This document shows positions 28,082-38,400 of a DNA stretch of 64,000 bases, piece after piece (positions within the stretch are counted from its first letter, which is position 1; each line of letters opens with the position of its first letter). The position numbers and the translations under genes were made by a program. Source of the stretch: Alphaproteobacteria bacterium RIFCSPHIGHO2_01_FULL_41_14 (GTDB lineage Bacteria > Pseudomonadota > Alphaproteobacteria > UBA7879 > UBA5542); contig MEMF01000002.1 of assembly GCA_001767855.1 (NCBI GenBank), positions 369,493 to 433,492 of the forward strand. The letters are read 5' to 3'. A model generated the notes under the pieces. That model was not told the origin of the DNA, did no database searches, and saw nothing but the letters and a program-made list of their open reading frames with translations.

Positions 28082-28357
28082 TTACGGCAAAACTCTGAAT
28101 TGATCGTTTTTATGGAGAGATTCTAGCATTTTGTTTTTTGACAAATCCCCTTCTCCAGAAACTGCGATCCTGATTTTTGAGGATTTAAGGCCGGTTTGCT
28201 CTGCCAAAATAGAGATGAGCTCAGACACGGTTGTGCCTTCGTTAACCTTCCCATATGGTTTTGCAGTATGGCTGAAGGGAGAAGCGGAAAGCCGTAGACT
28301 AAGGGCAGTTAAAGCCAAAAAACAAATACACAAAGTAACAGAAATTTTGTTGAACAC
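28082..28357 (-). CDS. Small secreted protein (92 aa)
   Basis: GTG start at 28357 preceded by AGGAGG. Hydrophobic signal-like N-terminus VFNKISVTLCICFLALTALSLRLSA. The longer track ORF extends into a repeat element. Confidence 0.45.
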   Translation of the reverse strand: MFNKISVTLCICFLALTALSLRLSASPFSHTAKPYGKVNEGTTVSELISILAEQTGLKSSKIRIAVSGEGDLSKNKMLESLHKNDQFRVLP

Positions 28358-28532
28358 GGAAGCCTCCTTGTAAGTTATATCCTTCAAGCGTACCAGAGTC
28401 CTACTGGGCTGGCAACCCCACCCCCCTCTTTTTGTTTGATCCATCGCCACTGTGTTGCTCCTCGTCATTACGTTTTTTCCTGTCGCCCTCGATGGCACGC
28501 GGGGGCCCAGGAAAACTTCAGCTTAAATACTG

Positions 28533-28602
28533 GATGTAAGAAAGACTGGATCCCCGTCTTCACGGGGATGACAAAGATACGGGGATGACAAAGATACGGG
28601 GA
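28533..28602. repeat. Hairpin repeat family D (inverted copy of 16703..16738) followed by a 17-bp tandem duplication
   Basis: gatgtaagaaagactggatccccgtcttcacgggga is the reverse complement, with a few mismatches, of ttcccgcggagacgggaatcaagtctttcttacatc. It is followed by tgacaaagatacgggga x2. Confidence 0.75.
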
Positions 28603-28686
28603 TGGCGAAGAAGTGCAGTCATCTCCGCGGGGGAGACAGGAAGAAAGAAGCATTCAAATTTTCGACAACAGACAAGGGAGACTTTC

Positions 28687-30384
28687 ATGACATTTTATTT
28701 TGCGTGGGTGAACACCCCAGAAATCTTTGATGCTGGTCGGCACGCACGGATGGACGAATCCATTTTGCACTTCGAGGTTGATCACCAAGAGGGCGCCGTG
28801 CCCTTGTTGCGGCTCACGGTGGCCCTTGCGATCCACACCCCCCAAAGGCAAGGCCAACGGGGGATTTTGTGGCAGCAAGACGAGGCAGGCCATGCACATC
28901 TTTTATTTGATGGCATTTTAGTGATGACCCCAGCGGAAAAAAGGGAAGATTTCTTGTTGTTGGTACTCGAGGCGGGGAGGGCTGACAAGCCGTCCCAATT
29001 GGAACGGCTGTTGAGCACAAAAAAACAACAGGAATTTGAACCTTTATTGGTGGCGGAAGAAGATCAAGAGGCGGTGGAGGAAGTGTTAGAATCTCTCTCT
29101 GCCGTGCCCCATTGGGATCGCCTAACGGGCGACGTTATACTCACGGAATTAGGTCAACATCGAGAGACGGTGGATCTCGGCCCCACCTTTTTTGCGGAGA
29201 GTCTTCAGATGCACCAGGGAGGACGACCTCTGGCGGCGGTGCGGTTTTCTCTGACGGCCGAGTGGGTGCAGAGGTATGATGGCGTGGTGGACTTGGGCCC
29301 CCTTATTCAACAGGCTGGTACGCGCGGATACCTCAGCAGCCTTACCCCTGACGATTTGCAAAAACGATGGTGGCGCAAGGTGTATCCCCTGCTGCGGACG
29401 GGTTATGAGATTTTGGAAAGTCGCCTCACGGTGGTGGTGCCCCCCGAGACGGGTGGGCTCGAGGTGTATCCCCTAAAAAGCGCTGCCTTTACGGTGCGGG
29501 GACGTGTCCAAACCTTGGCGCGTAGCTGGCTGCAGCCGGTTTTGACACTCCAGTGGCATTACCGGCAAAAACGCAAAGAAACGGTACACATAGAGGTGCC
29601 CTGTGGAAAAACGGGTGACGTGTTAGAGTTGTCTGTGCGGTTGCAGGATATCTGTGGTGCTCAGCCCATCGCCTCCTGGAAACCTCATCAAGTGTATCCT
29701 ATCAAAACTTTGGTGCGGCATGAGGACACAGTGTATCGGGCCATCAAAGTTCATGTAAGTGACACTACTTTTCAGACAGAATTCTGGGAGGTACAAGGGA
29801 CGTGGCCCACTGCGCTCGAGGACCCCAGCCGCTGGAGTTTTTTCGAGACAGAGCGGGGGCGCGCCGTGATTCATCATGTGATGCGGCGGGCAGAGGCTTA
29901 TGGGGTCATGGCGGCGAGAGAGCTGGAGGTGCGGTGTCATCTTCCCTTTGCCGCGGGTCGGCTGTTACGCGGGAATCAACAGGTCCGGCTCACGGATCCA
30001 CGGTTGCCAGGGGGATCGGTGACGGGAGATGTGCTTCACTATCGGCTGGTGGCAGAGGGGGATACGGGCGAGCGCTGGGCTGAGGTGACCCTTGGGGTGA
30101 CGATGCATCTAATGCGAGCGTGGAAACTGAAAGGATTGCAATCCCTCAAGAAGGCGGAAGGCATTCTAGATCCCCGGGCTGTGACCGCGGCAGATCTAGT
30201 CACTTCTCTGCAGCTGACCGGTGGGGCGGAGACGCAAAACCAACGCCTGGAGAGAAGAGATTTTCCCAGCTTGATGGCCGCCCATCGAGCCTTGGACAAA
30301 ATTCCGACGCGATTGAGGATCGAGCTGAAGGATCTCAAAAGTGCAGAAGAGTTGAGTCATGAATGGGCAGCGGAGATTCTGTGA
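28687..30384 (+). CDS. GC-rich phage-like protein (566 aa), possible tail or host-recognition component
   Basis: GGGAG RBS before ATG 28687. Composition matches the GTA block. Contains the segment ASWKPHQVYPIKTLVRHEDTVYRAIKVHVSDTTFQTEFWEV (29671..29793), which resembles the CBM5/12-like W..Y..G..V..Y.A...H......W motif common in phage fibre or baseplate proteins. Confidence 0.5.
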   Translation: MTFYFAWVNTPEIFDAGRHARMDESILHFEVDHQEGAVPLLRLTVALAIHTPQRQGQRGILWQQDEAGHAHLLFDGILVMTPAEKREDFLLLVLEAGRADKPSQLERLLSTKKQQEFEPLLVAEEDQEAVEEVLESLSAVPHWDRLTGDVILTELGQHRETVDLGPTFFAESLQMHQGGRPLAAVRFSLTAEWVQRYDGVVDLGPLIQQAGTRGYLSSLTPDDLQKRWWRKVYPLLRTGYEILESRLTVVVPPETGGLEVYPLKSAAFTVRGRVQTLARSWLQPVLTLQWHYRQKRKETVHIEVPCGKTGDVLELSVRLQDICGAQPIASWKPHQVYPIKTLVRHEDTVYRAIKVHVSDTTFQTEFWEVQGTWPTALEDPSRWSFFETERGRAVIHHVMRRAEAYGVMAARELEVRCHLPFAAGRLLRGNQQVRLTDPRLPGGSVTGDVLHYRLVAEGDTGERWAEVTLGVTMHLMRAWKLKGLQSLKKAEGILDPRAVTAADLVTSLQLTGGAETQNQRLERRDFPSLMAAHRALDKIPTRLRIELKDLKSAEELSHEWAAEIL

Positions 30385-30438
30385 AAGATTTTTACATCCC
30401 CTCTTTCCATCATTGCTGTACAGGGATAAAAACAGCCG

Positions 30439-31143
30439 CTACAGCTTTAATCCGTCAAAGATAATCTGATCTAGGGTCTTAAGCGCGCGCTCGGCGTCAA
30501 GGCGATTTTTGAGCGCTTTGAAGCAATCTGAATGCCCTGAGAAGGTCTTGTCCGCAAAGGCGATCGCTTCCCTTATATGGTCTTCCCGAATGAGGGTGCA
30601 TACGGTGTCCACGTGTTCTTTTTCTTGGGAGGGTGTTGTTTTTGAAAGTTTAAAAAAGGACACGATCTTTTGCTCAATCACTTGAATTTTTGATTTGTGC
30701 AGGAGGCAGAGTCGGACAGATCTCTCCAGAGCGGGGAGAGAGGGGATACCCTCCGTATTTTGTCTCAGAACTTCAAATTGCGCGTGAGAAAGATCGGAGC
30801 CAACAAGACGTTCGAGGTTCTCAAGTTCAGCGGAAAAATTCTTACCCGTTGAGACGTGATATTTAAGTTTTTCAAATAAAAATATCTTTTTAAGGTTCGT
30901 CGAAATTTTATCTAGGATTCCGTTGTGAAGGATTGTCGGATGATTGTGCTCTTCAGCTTCAGTCCTCAATTTTCTTTTCTCAGGGCTTTGGCTATGAAAG
31001 GAGACGGAGACTGAAAAGGGTGCATGGCGCATAAAATAACTGCCGGCCCCCACAAGGGCACCAAGACAAAGAACCAAGAGGGCGAGAAACCCGCGTGTAA
31101 ACTTTTTGCTGTCCTTTTTTCGGGGGTGCAATGAGTAAGTCAT
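30439..31143 (-). CDS. Hypothetical membrane-anchored protein
   Basis: 234-aa ORF with a single N-terminal TM (FLALLVLCLGALVGAGSYF) and a helical C-terminal region. Confidence 0.5.
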   Translation of the reverse strand: MTYSLHPRKKDSKKFTRGFLALLVLCLGALVGAGSYFMRHAPFSVSVSFHSQSPEKRKLRTEAEEHNHPTILHNGILDKISTNLKKIFLFEKLKYHVSTGKNFSAELENLERLVGSDLSHAQFEVLRQNTEGIPSLPALERSVRLCLLHKSKIQVIEQKIVSFFKLSKTTPSQEKEHVDTVCTLIREDHIREAIAFADKTFSGHSDCFKALKNRLDAERALKTLDQIIFDGLKL

Positions 31144-31286
31144 AAGAATAATTCTAAGATATTTTTTGGAAAGATGCCATGGGAAAAAAGCTTACCCCCT
31201 GATTTCCCTTGTGCAAGCCGTAAAAAGACAATAAACTGATGACAGATTATATAAAAAAAGTGATGATTTACAGAGGAGCGTTCCCC

Positions 31287-31883
31287 ATGAAAAGACTTTT
31301 ATCCGTTATTTTTCTATCCCTTTCATTTTTCTTATCTCAAGAATCCACGGCGAAGATGATGCGCGGGATTGACTCGAGTGCTTGGCACTGTAAAACACAT
31401 GACAGTCGCAAGTGTACGACCGTGGAAGGGTTTAAAAAGGAACTTAAGGCTGAGTGTGGGGCGGCGGCGGGGAACTGTCGGCATCGTTTTTGCCGCGCAA
31501 ACTGTGTCAGCTGGCAAAATCCAAAGGCAGAGTGTGCCACATACTGTCTCAGCCACAAGACGCTCGTTCGTTTTGATATAGATTCGAGACGAACACTCTA
31601 CACCAATTTTTTGCTTCCCTCTGAGTGGGTTGAGACTGAAAGACACGTACAAAATCTCAAAAAGCTGAAAGCTAATAAAACGTTGTGGAAGTCTTCCTGG
31701 CAGCGGAAAAAAGAAGCCAGCCTTCGGGAAAAGGAGCGTCAGTTCCTAGAAGAATTAAACAGCTCAGCGCAGAGCGGGGCAGAGGTGAAGGCTCGGGCTT
31801 TTGACGTGGATCAGGACCTTCTTCGCGCTCGAGAGAGAGCTAATAAGAGAGCGGGAAAGAAACATTATTGGACAGACAATTAA
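31287..31883 (+). CDS. Secreted 8-Cys-module protein, paralog 4
   Basis: RBS GAGGAG. Signal peptide MKRLLSVIFLSLSFFLSQESTA. Module WHCKTHDSRKCTT...GNCRHRFCRANC...CATYCL..LVRFDIDSRRTLYTNF, followed by a charged helical tail. Confidence 0.75.
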   Translation: MKRLLSVIFLSLSFFLSQESTAKMMRGIDSSAWHCKTHDSRKCTTVEGFKKELKAECGAAAGNCRHRFCRANCVSWQNPKAECATYCLSHKTLVRFDIDSRRTLYTNFLLPSEWVETERHVQNLKKLKANKTLWKSSWQRKKEASLREKERQFLEELNSSAQSGAEVKARAFDVDQDLLRARERANKRAGKKHYWTDN

Positions 31884-31928
31884 CTGGGTTAGCTCCTTAA
31901 TCATATAGCTGATCCAGCCTTACTTTCT

Positions 31929-32231
31929 CTAAGCTGCTGTTTCGTTAGGCTTAACAACTTTTTTAATCTGTGTCCAAAGGGTGTTTTTCCCTATTTGTAA
32001 GTCATAGTGTTGTTGTAAGTTTAGCCATGTATCTGCCGAGACACCAAAAAAACACTCAAGTCTTAGGGCGGTATCCACACTCACATTTCTTTTCTTTTGA
32101 AGAACTTGAGAAATGCGGTTAGTGGGAACATCCAGCTTGCGCGCGAGCTCCGCACAGGACAATCCAAGAGGTTCCATGAAATCTTCGAGAAGAATCTCTC
32201 CAGGGTGGACTGGGGCTAGTTTTTTTGCCAT
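31929..32231 (-). CDS. higA: HigA antitoxin (XRE-family HTH)
   Basis: MAKKLAPVHPGEILLEDFMEPLGLSCAELARKLDVPTNRISQVLQKKRNVSVDTALRL is the canonical HigA/VapI sequence pattern. Confidence 0.9.
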   Translation of the reverse strand: MAKKLAPVHPGEILLEDFMEPLGLSCAELARKLDVPTNRISQVLQKKRNVSVDTALRLECFFGVSADTWLNLQQHYDLQIGKNTLWTQIKKVVKPNETAA

Positions 32232-32250
32232 TTTAAAATCTCCTTTTTTA

Positions 32251-32532
32251 TCATTTATGATAATCAACAATTTCCACGTCTTCCGCATGCCCTTCGCGCC
32301 ACTTAAAACAAACACGCCACTGTTTATTGATACGCAGGCTATAGCTTTCTTTTCTATTTCCCGTGAGTTTTTCTAATCGGTTGCTCGGTGGAAGGACTAA
32401 ATCTTCTAAACGAACAGCTGCATGCAGATAAGAGAGGCGTCTTAAAGCTTGACGCTCGAAGGACTTATAAGGCTTCACGCTTACTCCTTGGAAGAGTATT
32501 TCTGCATCCTTATCTTTAAAGCTTTTGATCAT
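32251..32532 (-). CDS. higB: HigB toxin (RelE/ParE superfamily, plasmid-maintenance killer protein)
   Basis: MIKSFKDKDAEILFQG...LRRLSYLHAAVRLEDL..PPSNRLEKLTGNRKESYSLRINKQWRVCFKW; located upstream of higA, as in higBA operons. Confidence 0.9.
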   Translation of the reverse strand: MIKSFKDKDAEILFQGVSVKPYKSFERQALRRLSYLHAAVRLEDLVLPPSNRLEKLTGNRKESYSLRINKQWRVCFKWREGHAEDVEIVDYHK

Positions 32533-33120
32533 TATGCCCGATAATAATACGCGATACGTATTGAGTCAACCAAGATGAAGGAAGATTTTTATGAGGAGAG
32601 AGATTTCTCTTTCTGATCAATTCTTCCCTGCTTCTCCTTTCCGTCATTGCGCGGAGGGCCATGAGGCCCGACAAAGCAATCTATCTTTTTTGCTGTAATA
32701 GATAAAGCTGAACAACTTCTTTAAAAATTCTTATGAATTTTCTCGAGAGTGACGGGGGCGGGCACGCCTGTGCGAGGGCGGCAGTAGAATGGTGTGGAAA
32801 CGACAAGTAAAAAGAAGTAAAAAATAATTATTGCGTAATGAACACGTAAAACTAAACAATAAAATAAGGTTCCTTAACGACCCCCTGGAGGATTTTTATG
32901 GAACCTTTTCTATATTTTAGAGGGTCTTCTATCTAGAAGTTGACTCTCTCCCAAATTATTTTATTTTTTATTTATGTTTACTGTCTTTAGTATATCACCT
33001 GTTTTTTCAAAAAAAAACCTTTTTATTTCAGAGGGGTATTCAATGAATCACCCCCCAAAAGCCGCCCAAGAAATTCTCTTCCGTTCACGCATTTTAATAC
33101 AGTAAAAACAAGGAGTAAAA

Positions 33121-34029
33121 ATGAAATCTTACAGAGAGAAACCGTATCATCCTGGATATGTAGCCCCCCTCACGGGAGAGGCTTTTACGCGCCGCGCCGT
33201 GCTCGAAATGGAAGAAGAGGGGTTTGCCCAGGGGCATGACGTTCAGATTTTAGAGGCGCCCCCGCACCTCACGTTACGGCTCGACATGCGTCTGCATTTT
33301 TACGAGGGGGCGGTCCCTTTAGAGCGGGGGGTGAATGGGAAATCAGCAGGGATCACACCGCTCTATCAACCGGGGAATGTGCTTTCTGACGGGTCAGAGA
33401 ATCTCAAGCCCTTATGCAAGGTGCGGGCGGTGGATTTTGTGTATCTGCAGCGGGGGATGTATGTAGACGTCGAAGAGGTGAATCGACCTTTTTACGAAGG
33501 GCACGGAGTGGCAGCGCTCATCCAGTTGGTACTGGGTCAAGTGGTGTTCCAAAAGCCCTTTGCAGGACGGGCTGATGCGCTGCGTTTGGAGACCCATCTC
33601 AGGCGGCAGGATCGGGATGAATGGACGGAGGTCATCGGTTTTGGGCGTGAAACCTACCCCCTCTATCCCTATGGCGGGTATGCCCCTCCCCACGGTGACG
33701 TGCGGGAGGTGGAGCAGGTGTATGCCTTCGCGGGGGTGGACCGCAGCGACGGGCAGATGGTGACGGCCTTGAAGCTCTATCGAAGCTCTTTTTTCCACAC
33801 CAGTGGGGGATTTCCGCCCACTCCTTTTACGTATGATCATAAAAAGTGGGTTTTCCCCCAAGGCGTGTTGCCCCTTGAACAGATGACGGTGGGGCAGGCT
33901 CTCAGCGAGGGGCATCTGACCTTTACGCTGAAGGAGGCGTCTGGGGAGGTACAGACGTATGCCTCCTATGGGTATGAGCAGGTGGGGGGGTCTATGAGCC
34001 AAATTAACGTACATTGCCAACCTCAATGA
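33121..34029 (+). CDS. GC-rich hypothetical protein (302 aa); the 3' end abuts an IS remnant
   Basis: Long ORF with the GTA-block composition and no recognisable motif. Its final codons run into the transposase-fragment frame. Confidence 0.45.
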   Translation: MKSYREKPYHPGYVAPLTGEAFTRRAVLEMEEEGFAQGHDVQILEAPPHLTLRLDMRLHFYEGAVPLERGVNGKSAGITPLYQPGNVLSDGSENLKPLCKVRAVDFVYLQRGMYVDVEEVNRPFYEGHGVAALIQLVLGQVVFQKPFAGRADALRLETHLRRQDRDEWTEVIGFGRETYPLYPYGGYAPPHGDVREVEQVYAFAGVDRSDGQMVTALKLYRSSFFHTSGGFPPTPFTYDHKKWVFPQGVLPLEQMTVGQALSEGHLTFTLKEASGEVQTYASYGYEQVGGSMSQINVHCQPQ

Positions 34030-34119
34030 TCTTTCCCAAACGCTGGGCCCCCGCCTACGAGAGGGCGACATGGGATGAGATTTTAAACTGTCTTCATCGC
34101 CCATCTTTCGTATTTGCAG

Positions 34120-34520
34120 GGAGTCTATTGATAGAGATCTATGGAAAACCTAATGTGATTGTAAGTGACAATGGAACCGAACTTACGAGTAAGGCTGTTT
34201 TAGAGTGGGCAACAAAGCATCGTATAGAGTGGCACTATATCACCCCTGGAAAACCTTCTGAGAATGGCTTTACAGAAAGCCTCAATGGAAAAATACGGGA
34301 TGAGTGTCTCAACGAACATTGGTTCCAAACCCTCCAACAAGCCAAGGATATTATCCATGACTGGAGGCAAGATTATAACTACGTCAGACCACATTCCAGC
34401 CTAGGCTACAAAACACCTATAGAATTTATAGGAGTCCCCAATGGAGAAAAGAGAGAAGATTTTTGTTCATTGATTCCAGTTCACAAACCGGCTATAAAAG
34501 CCTCAGGACTCTACTTCTAA
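34120..34520 (+). mobile_element. IS3-family (IS407/IS2-like) transposase fragment: C-terminal part of the rve/DDE domain only
   Basis: [92 protein letters not shown]. The HTH and the first two DDE acidic residues are missing upstream. Confidence 0.8.
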
Positions 34521-34920
34521 ATGGACCATACTTTGGGAGCAGGCCAGCGGCCATCCGTGAGGTAACCTTTGTCCCCATTCCCTTGACTGCTGCTCGACCA
34601 GGCTGATAGAGGTAGCTTACCACCTCTGCTCCATCCATCAGGTTCTCAGCTGCAACGCCAGATACTCCGGCTGCGCGTAATACGCGCCGGACATACTCCT
34701 TCGTGTAGAGTCATCGCAGTCTCTACTGTCTCCAGCATTCCCTGCGCAGGAAGCCCCCTCGCTATACTGTCAACCAAAAGGGCCTGTCTCGGATTCTGCT
34801 TCTTCCATACCTGTATCTCTTCTGCCAGGGCCTGGTTACAGCTGCAGCCTTACCCTTCACTTGGTTTATGTATGGTTTTAACCTATCCAAACCAATTATG
34901 TTCGTCTAGATCCTCTCAAT

Positions 34921-35475
34921 TTATGATAATCTTGATTTGTTGTAATGAGCTTCGATGATGTCGTCATAAAACCAAGGTGACTCATAATACAGTCGCCAAA
35001 TAAATCTTTCGAAGGAATCTTCTATTTTTATATGACTAGGAGTCCATACTGCATTAGGGTCATGAGAAGCTGGTCTCATAATAAGAAACCTCGAAGAATC
35101 CCCAATTTCAAAAAAAGGCAGATCCCCAGGTTCAAGCATTTCGAGAGTAGCATTACTCATCCAATGATCCTCGCATTCTGCAGGCCCTTCTATAGTTTCT
35201 GTTCTAAATCGAATAATTTCTTTTGAAAAATGAGCCACCACCAAGGGAGGAAGAATTTCGTTATTATTATAAAATTCGTATCCCGCCGGAGGAATCTCAG
35301 GGGAACGTAACATTCCAAAACCAATTTCCTGATAAAAAGATCTTAATTGAGATGGAAAATTAACTCCCAATTTTTGTTCTGCAGTCACAATTTCTTCAGA
35401 TTTTAGTGGCAAGAACCAATTGTCGTTAACTTCACTGCCTCCAGGAATAAATTGTTTTAAATATTCGTAAGTCAT
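34921..35475 (-). CDS. SMI1/KNR4 (SUKH-1) family immunity protein
   Basis: Typical opening ...EEIVTAEQKLGVNFPSQLRSFYQEIGFG. 184 aa. The start codon overlaps the toxin stop (ATAATG at 35475). Confidence 0.85.
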   Translation of the reverse strand: MTYEYLKQFIPGGSEVNDNWFLPLKSEEIVTAEQKLGVNFPSQLRSFYQEIGFGMLRSPEIPPAGYEFYNNNEILPPLVVAHFSKEIIRFRTETIEGPAECEDHWMSNATLEMLEPGDLPFFEIGDSSRFLIMRPASHDPNAVWTPSHIKIEDSFERFIWRLYYESPWFYDDIIEAHYNKSRLS

Positions 35476-38400
35476 TATTGTTTCGTTTCTAACAACCTAT
35501 TTAAAGGGGACCCTGTCCCATGAATGCCACCTTGGTGTTGGGCTCCAAAAGAAACTGGTTTCATATTCCACCAAACGTGTGGCCCTCCTACCTCTTGAGG
35601 AATAATATGATGCGCATCAACTCGTGTTTTTTTTAACTCTCCTCTGATATTGCGCATCTGAAATGGCCACACTTGCCCCGTATGATGTTCCCATTCACTG
35701 ATGAGATTCTGCCTTGTAGCTTTCGTAAAAGAATCAGAATGCAGCTGCTTTTCCATAGGTGTCAACTTTTCAAACTTACCCGTTCTCATGGCAGTTGCCA
35801 ATTCTTTTTTTTGCAGTTCGGTAAATTTAAACCCAGATCGGGCTTCCATGTCTCGGATATACTCTACCGCACCCCCTGCCCATTTTGTATCAACGGGTTT
35901 GGTTTTTCTAACTTCCCCCACCAACACCTCAGCCCTTGCCCCGGTCGATTCTGCCATTACAGTAGAACGTGCAGCACCCGAGGTATTAGCCACCATTTTT
36001 GGACGAACAACAGAACGAGAGATGTCGAACAGTTTCATGGATTCATCAGCGCTAGCAACAAATCCTCCTATACCTTTTAAAACCTTTGCTGCTCCTTTCA
36101 CAAGGGGACCGCCTACCAAAAAGGCTCTGCCTATCTGATCCAAAAAACTTTGCGGCAAGCGTTGCTCAGCAGGGGTGTTGACGCCGAACAGCGTAAATGC
36201 TCCCAATACCGCTTCGCTTTCAGCGATGTTTTGGGCTGTTTGTTGTATCATAAACAGTTCCGACGAATCCCTTGATGTTACAAATGATTCTAGGGTCGCA
36301 TGATATGTTCTCTCATTCTGTGCCTGTATGTCTGAGATCACTTCTTTAAAATCACTTACAGGACCGAGGTCTCCCCGACGAAAGCCCCTTCCTATGGCTT
36401 TCACTATCCAGATATCAGACTCTTCTATTCCATCGAGAAGGCTACTTGCTTTCTGCCCAGCTTTCTCTAACACCTGCTTATATACTTCCCCAGTACTCAG
36501 TATCCCTTGGTCCTCATCCTGCTGCTCTTGAGCTATCAACTCCATGGTTTGTAGGAAATTTTCATCAATTGCTGTCGTCCCTGTATGAACTGCAGTGCCC
36601 ACCCCCCCTTGGCCGGTGGCAAGCGCAGCGATCCCCGCCATTATCTTAGCCGTGTTGGCATTTCTTTGAATCTCTTCCTGAGTCGATGTTGTTGTCGTGA
36701 GCCCTTCTGCAACCATTTCTGCAACAGCCGCTCCAATCGCTCCGGCCAGCGCGCCACGTCCTATATGCTTCGGATCCAGAATGGCCCCCGCCGCAGCGCC
36801 CACGGCCGCATGCAGAATCTTGTGGGTTGTTCCATCTAAGGACTCTACAGAACCGGTTGCCTCTTTGGGTTGGTTTGCAGCCCTTGCTTTTCCTAATTGG
36901 TTAGCCGCATACCCTTGCACAACATTTGCAACCATAAGCCGTGCTGCTTGGCTTAGATCAGGTGCTTCTTGGTTGACAAGGGCTGTTACAGCTGTTTGGG
37001 TGCCTGTCGTAAACACCGCTCTCGCTGCATGCTGAGCTGGCGTCATATCAGCCCCTTTCAGCGTGATACCTAAGGTGGGCGCTAGTTTGTTCACAACCCC
37101 AGCTGTAGCCGCTGCAGCGATAACCGTCTTGAGGCTTTCCACCGAAGCGAGGCTTCGACAAGTTGCTTGTAGGTCTCCTCCTGTTTGGAGAAAGGTGACA
37201 GCCGCCGTGGAACAAAGAGTGCTGAAGGCTGCATTCCCCATAACGGCTAAGATACCACTCCCGGCACCCCCTGTCGCAACGGACACAGCAAGCGCAACAA
37301 TGATGGCACCCTCCTGCCCAATACCGGTAGAAAATCTTTTGGTATGCACCCAAGAGGTTAATTGACGTGTCCTCTCTTCCGGGTCGATCCCGCTGATTAA
37401 CGTTGCATACTTATCCCAGTCCACGTTTGTAAATTGAGCCGGCACATGAATAGATTCCCATTCTTTTACGTCTACACTGGACCGATGTTCTACCTCCTGA
37501 CCTGCTTCCGTTCTCGTTCCCATCGTTCCAAAGAAGCCGCTCTGGCTCGATTCACTTCGTGTGAGCATCACCTCCACCGTGGGGCGTACGGTCATCCCTT
37601 GGGTGGTCATATCCGTGAGTTTATCTCCACGAATCGTCGTTCCTTCAAAGTCAGCGGTCTTTGTGTCCACCTGGATCGTTTTTCCTTCAACATGCGTGTC
37701 TAAAAATTGAGGCATCTCTGTAGTACTTTTTTGCTCTGCCCCACCAAACGATGTGGCTTGTGTCATGGTTGAGGTGTGTTTGTTATGACGTGCCTTCGCC
37801 CCCGTCTTGAGCGTTTCCCCTTTGAAGATGAGCTCCCTTTCTGGCGCTCGTACAATCCCTTCTGCTGTAATCACCTGACTCAACAGCTTTAAGCTTCCTT
37901 CCAGACTTCCCATCTCAGGGGTGCTAAAGGCCGTTTGATAGAGTTCGTCCTCTGTCGCCTTGGCTGAGAAAGCCGATTGTTTTACTCGACATGTGTGGTT
38001 TTGTCGATATTCCTTAGACGCGTATTCTTGCTTGATCTCATACTCGGCCTCAACAATGTTGTCTCTCACCGTGAGATAATAACTTCCATGGTTCTCAAAA
38101 ATTTTGGCCTTGATATGTCCTTTCTTACTTCCAAACACAAGCGTCTGCACATAAGTGGGGAGAATCACTTCTTGGCCCAAGTCGTTAAGAATTTTTTCTT
38201 GAAGATCTAACGTATTGAGCAAAACCCGCCACCCATTAAGAGTCACATCGCCCCCAATGAGATTCATGCCTGTTAAGAGAATATCTTTATCTGACTCAAA
38301 CGCCACACTCCCGTCCTGCCCTGATCCTGCAATTGCTAGAAGACCAGGCCGACGTATTGTATGATGATGGGTCGTCTCTTGTATCTTGGACGAACTCGAT

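Noticed and set aside
28082-28357. Ubiquitin-like beta-grasp resemblance (TVSELISILAEQTGLKSSKIRIAVSGEGDL...)
   Set aside because: Only a loose pattern match over about 45 residues, the N-terminal hairpin is not evident, and a signal peptide is present. This is too weak without structure prediction.
30439-31143. Possible alphaproteobacterial Mic60/mitofilin-like protein (N-terminal TM plus C-terminal helical region)
   Set aside because: The protein is much shorter than known bacterial Mic60 homologues. There is no hem-gene context and no clear mitofilin signature.
33412-34104. 230-aa minus-strand ORF antisense to the 33121..34029 ORF
   Set aside because: Same GC-rich antisense artefact, with Arg/His/Pro-rich translation. 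There is no RBS or context support.
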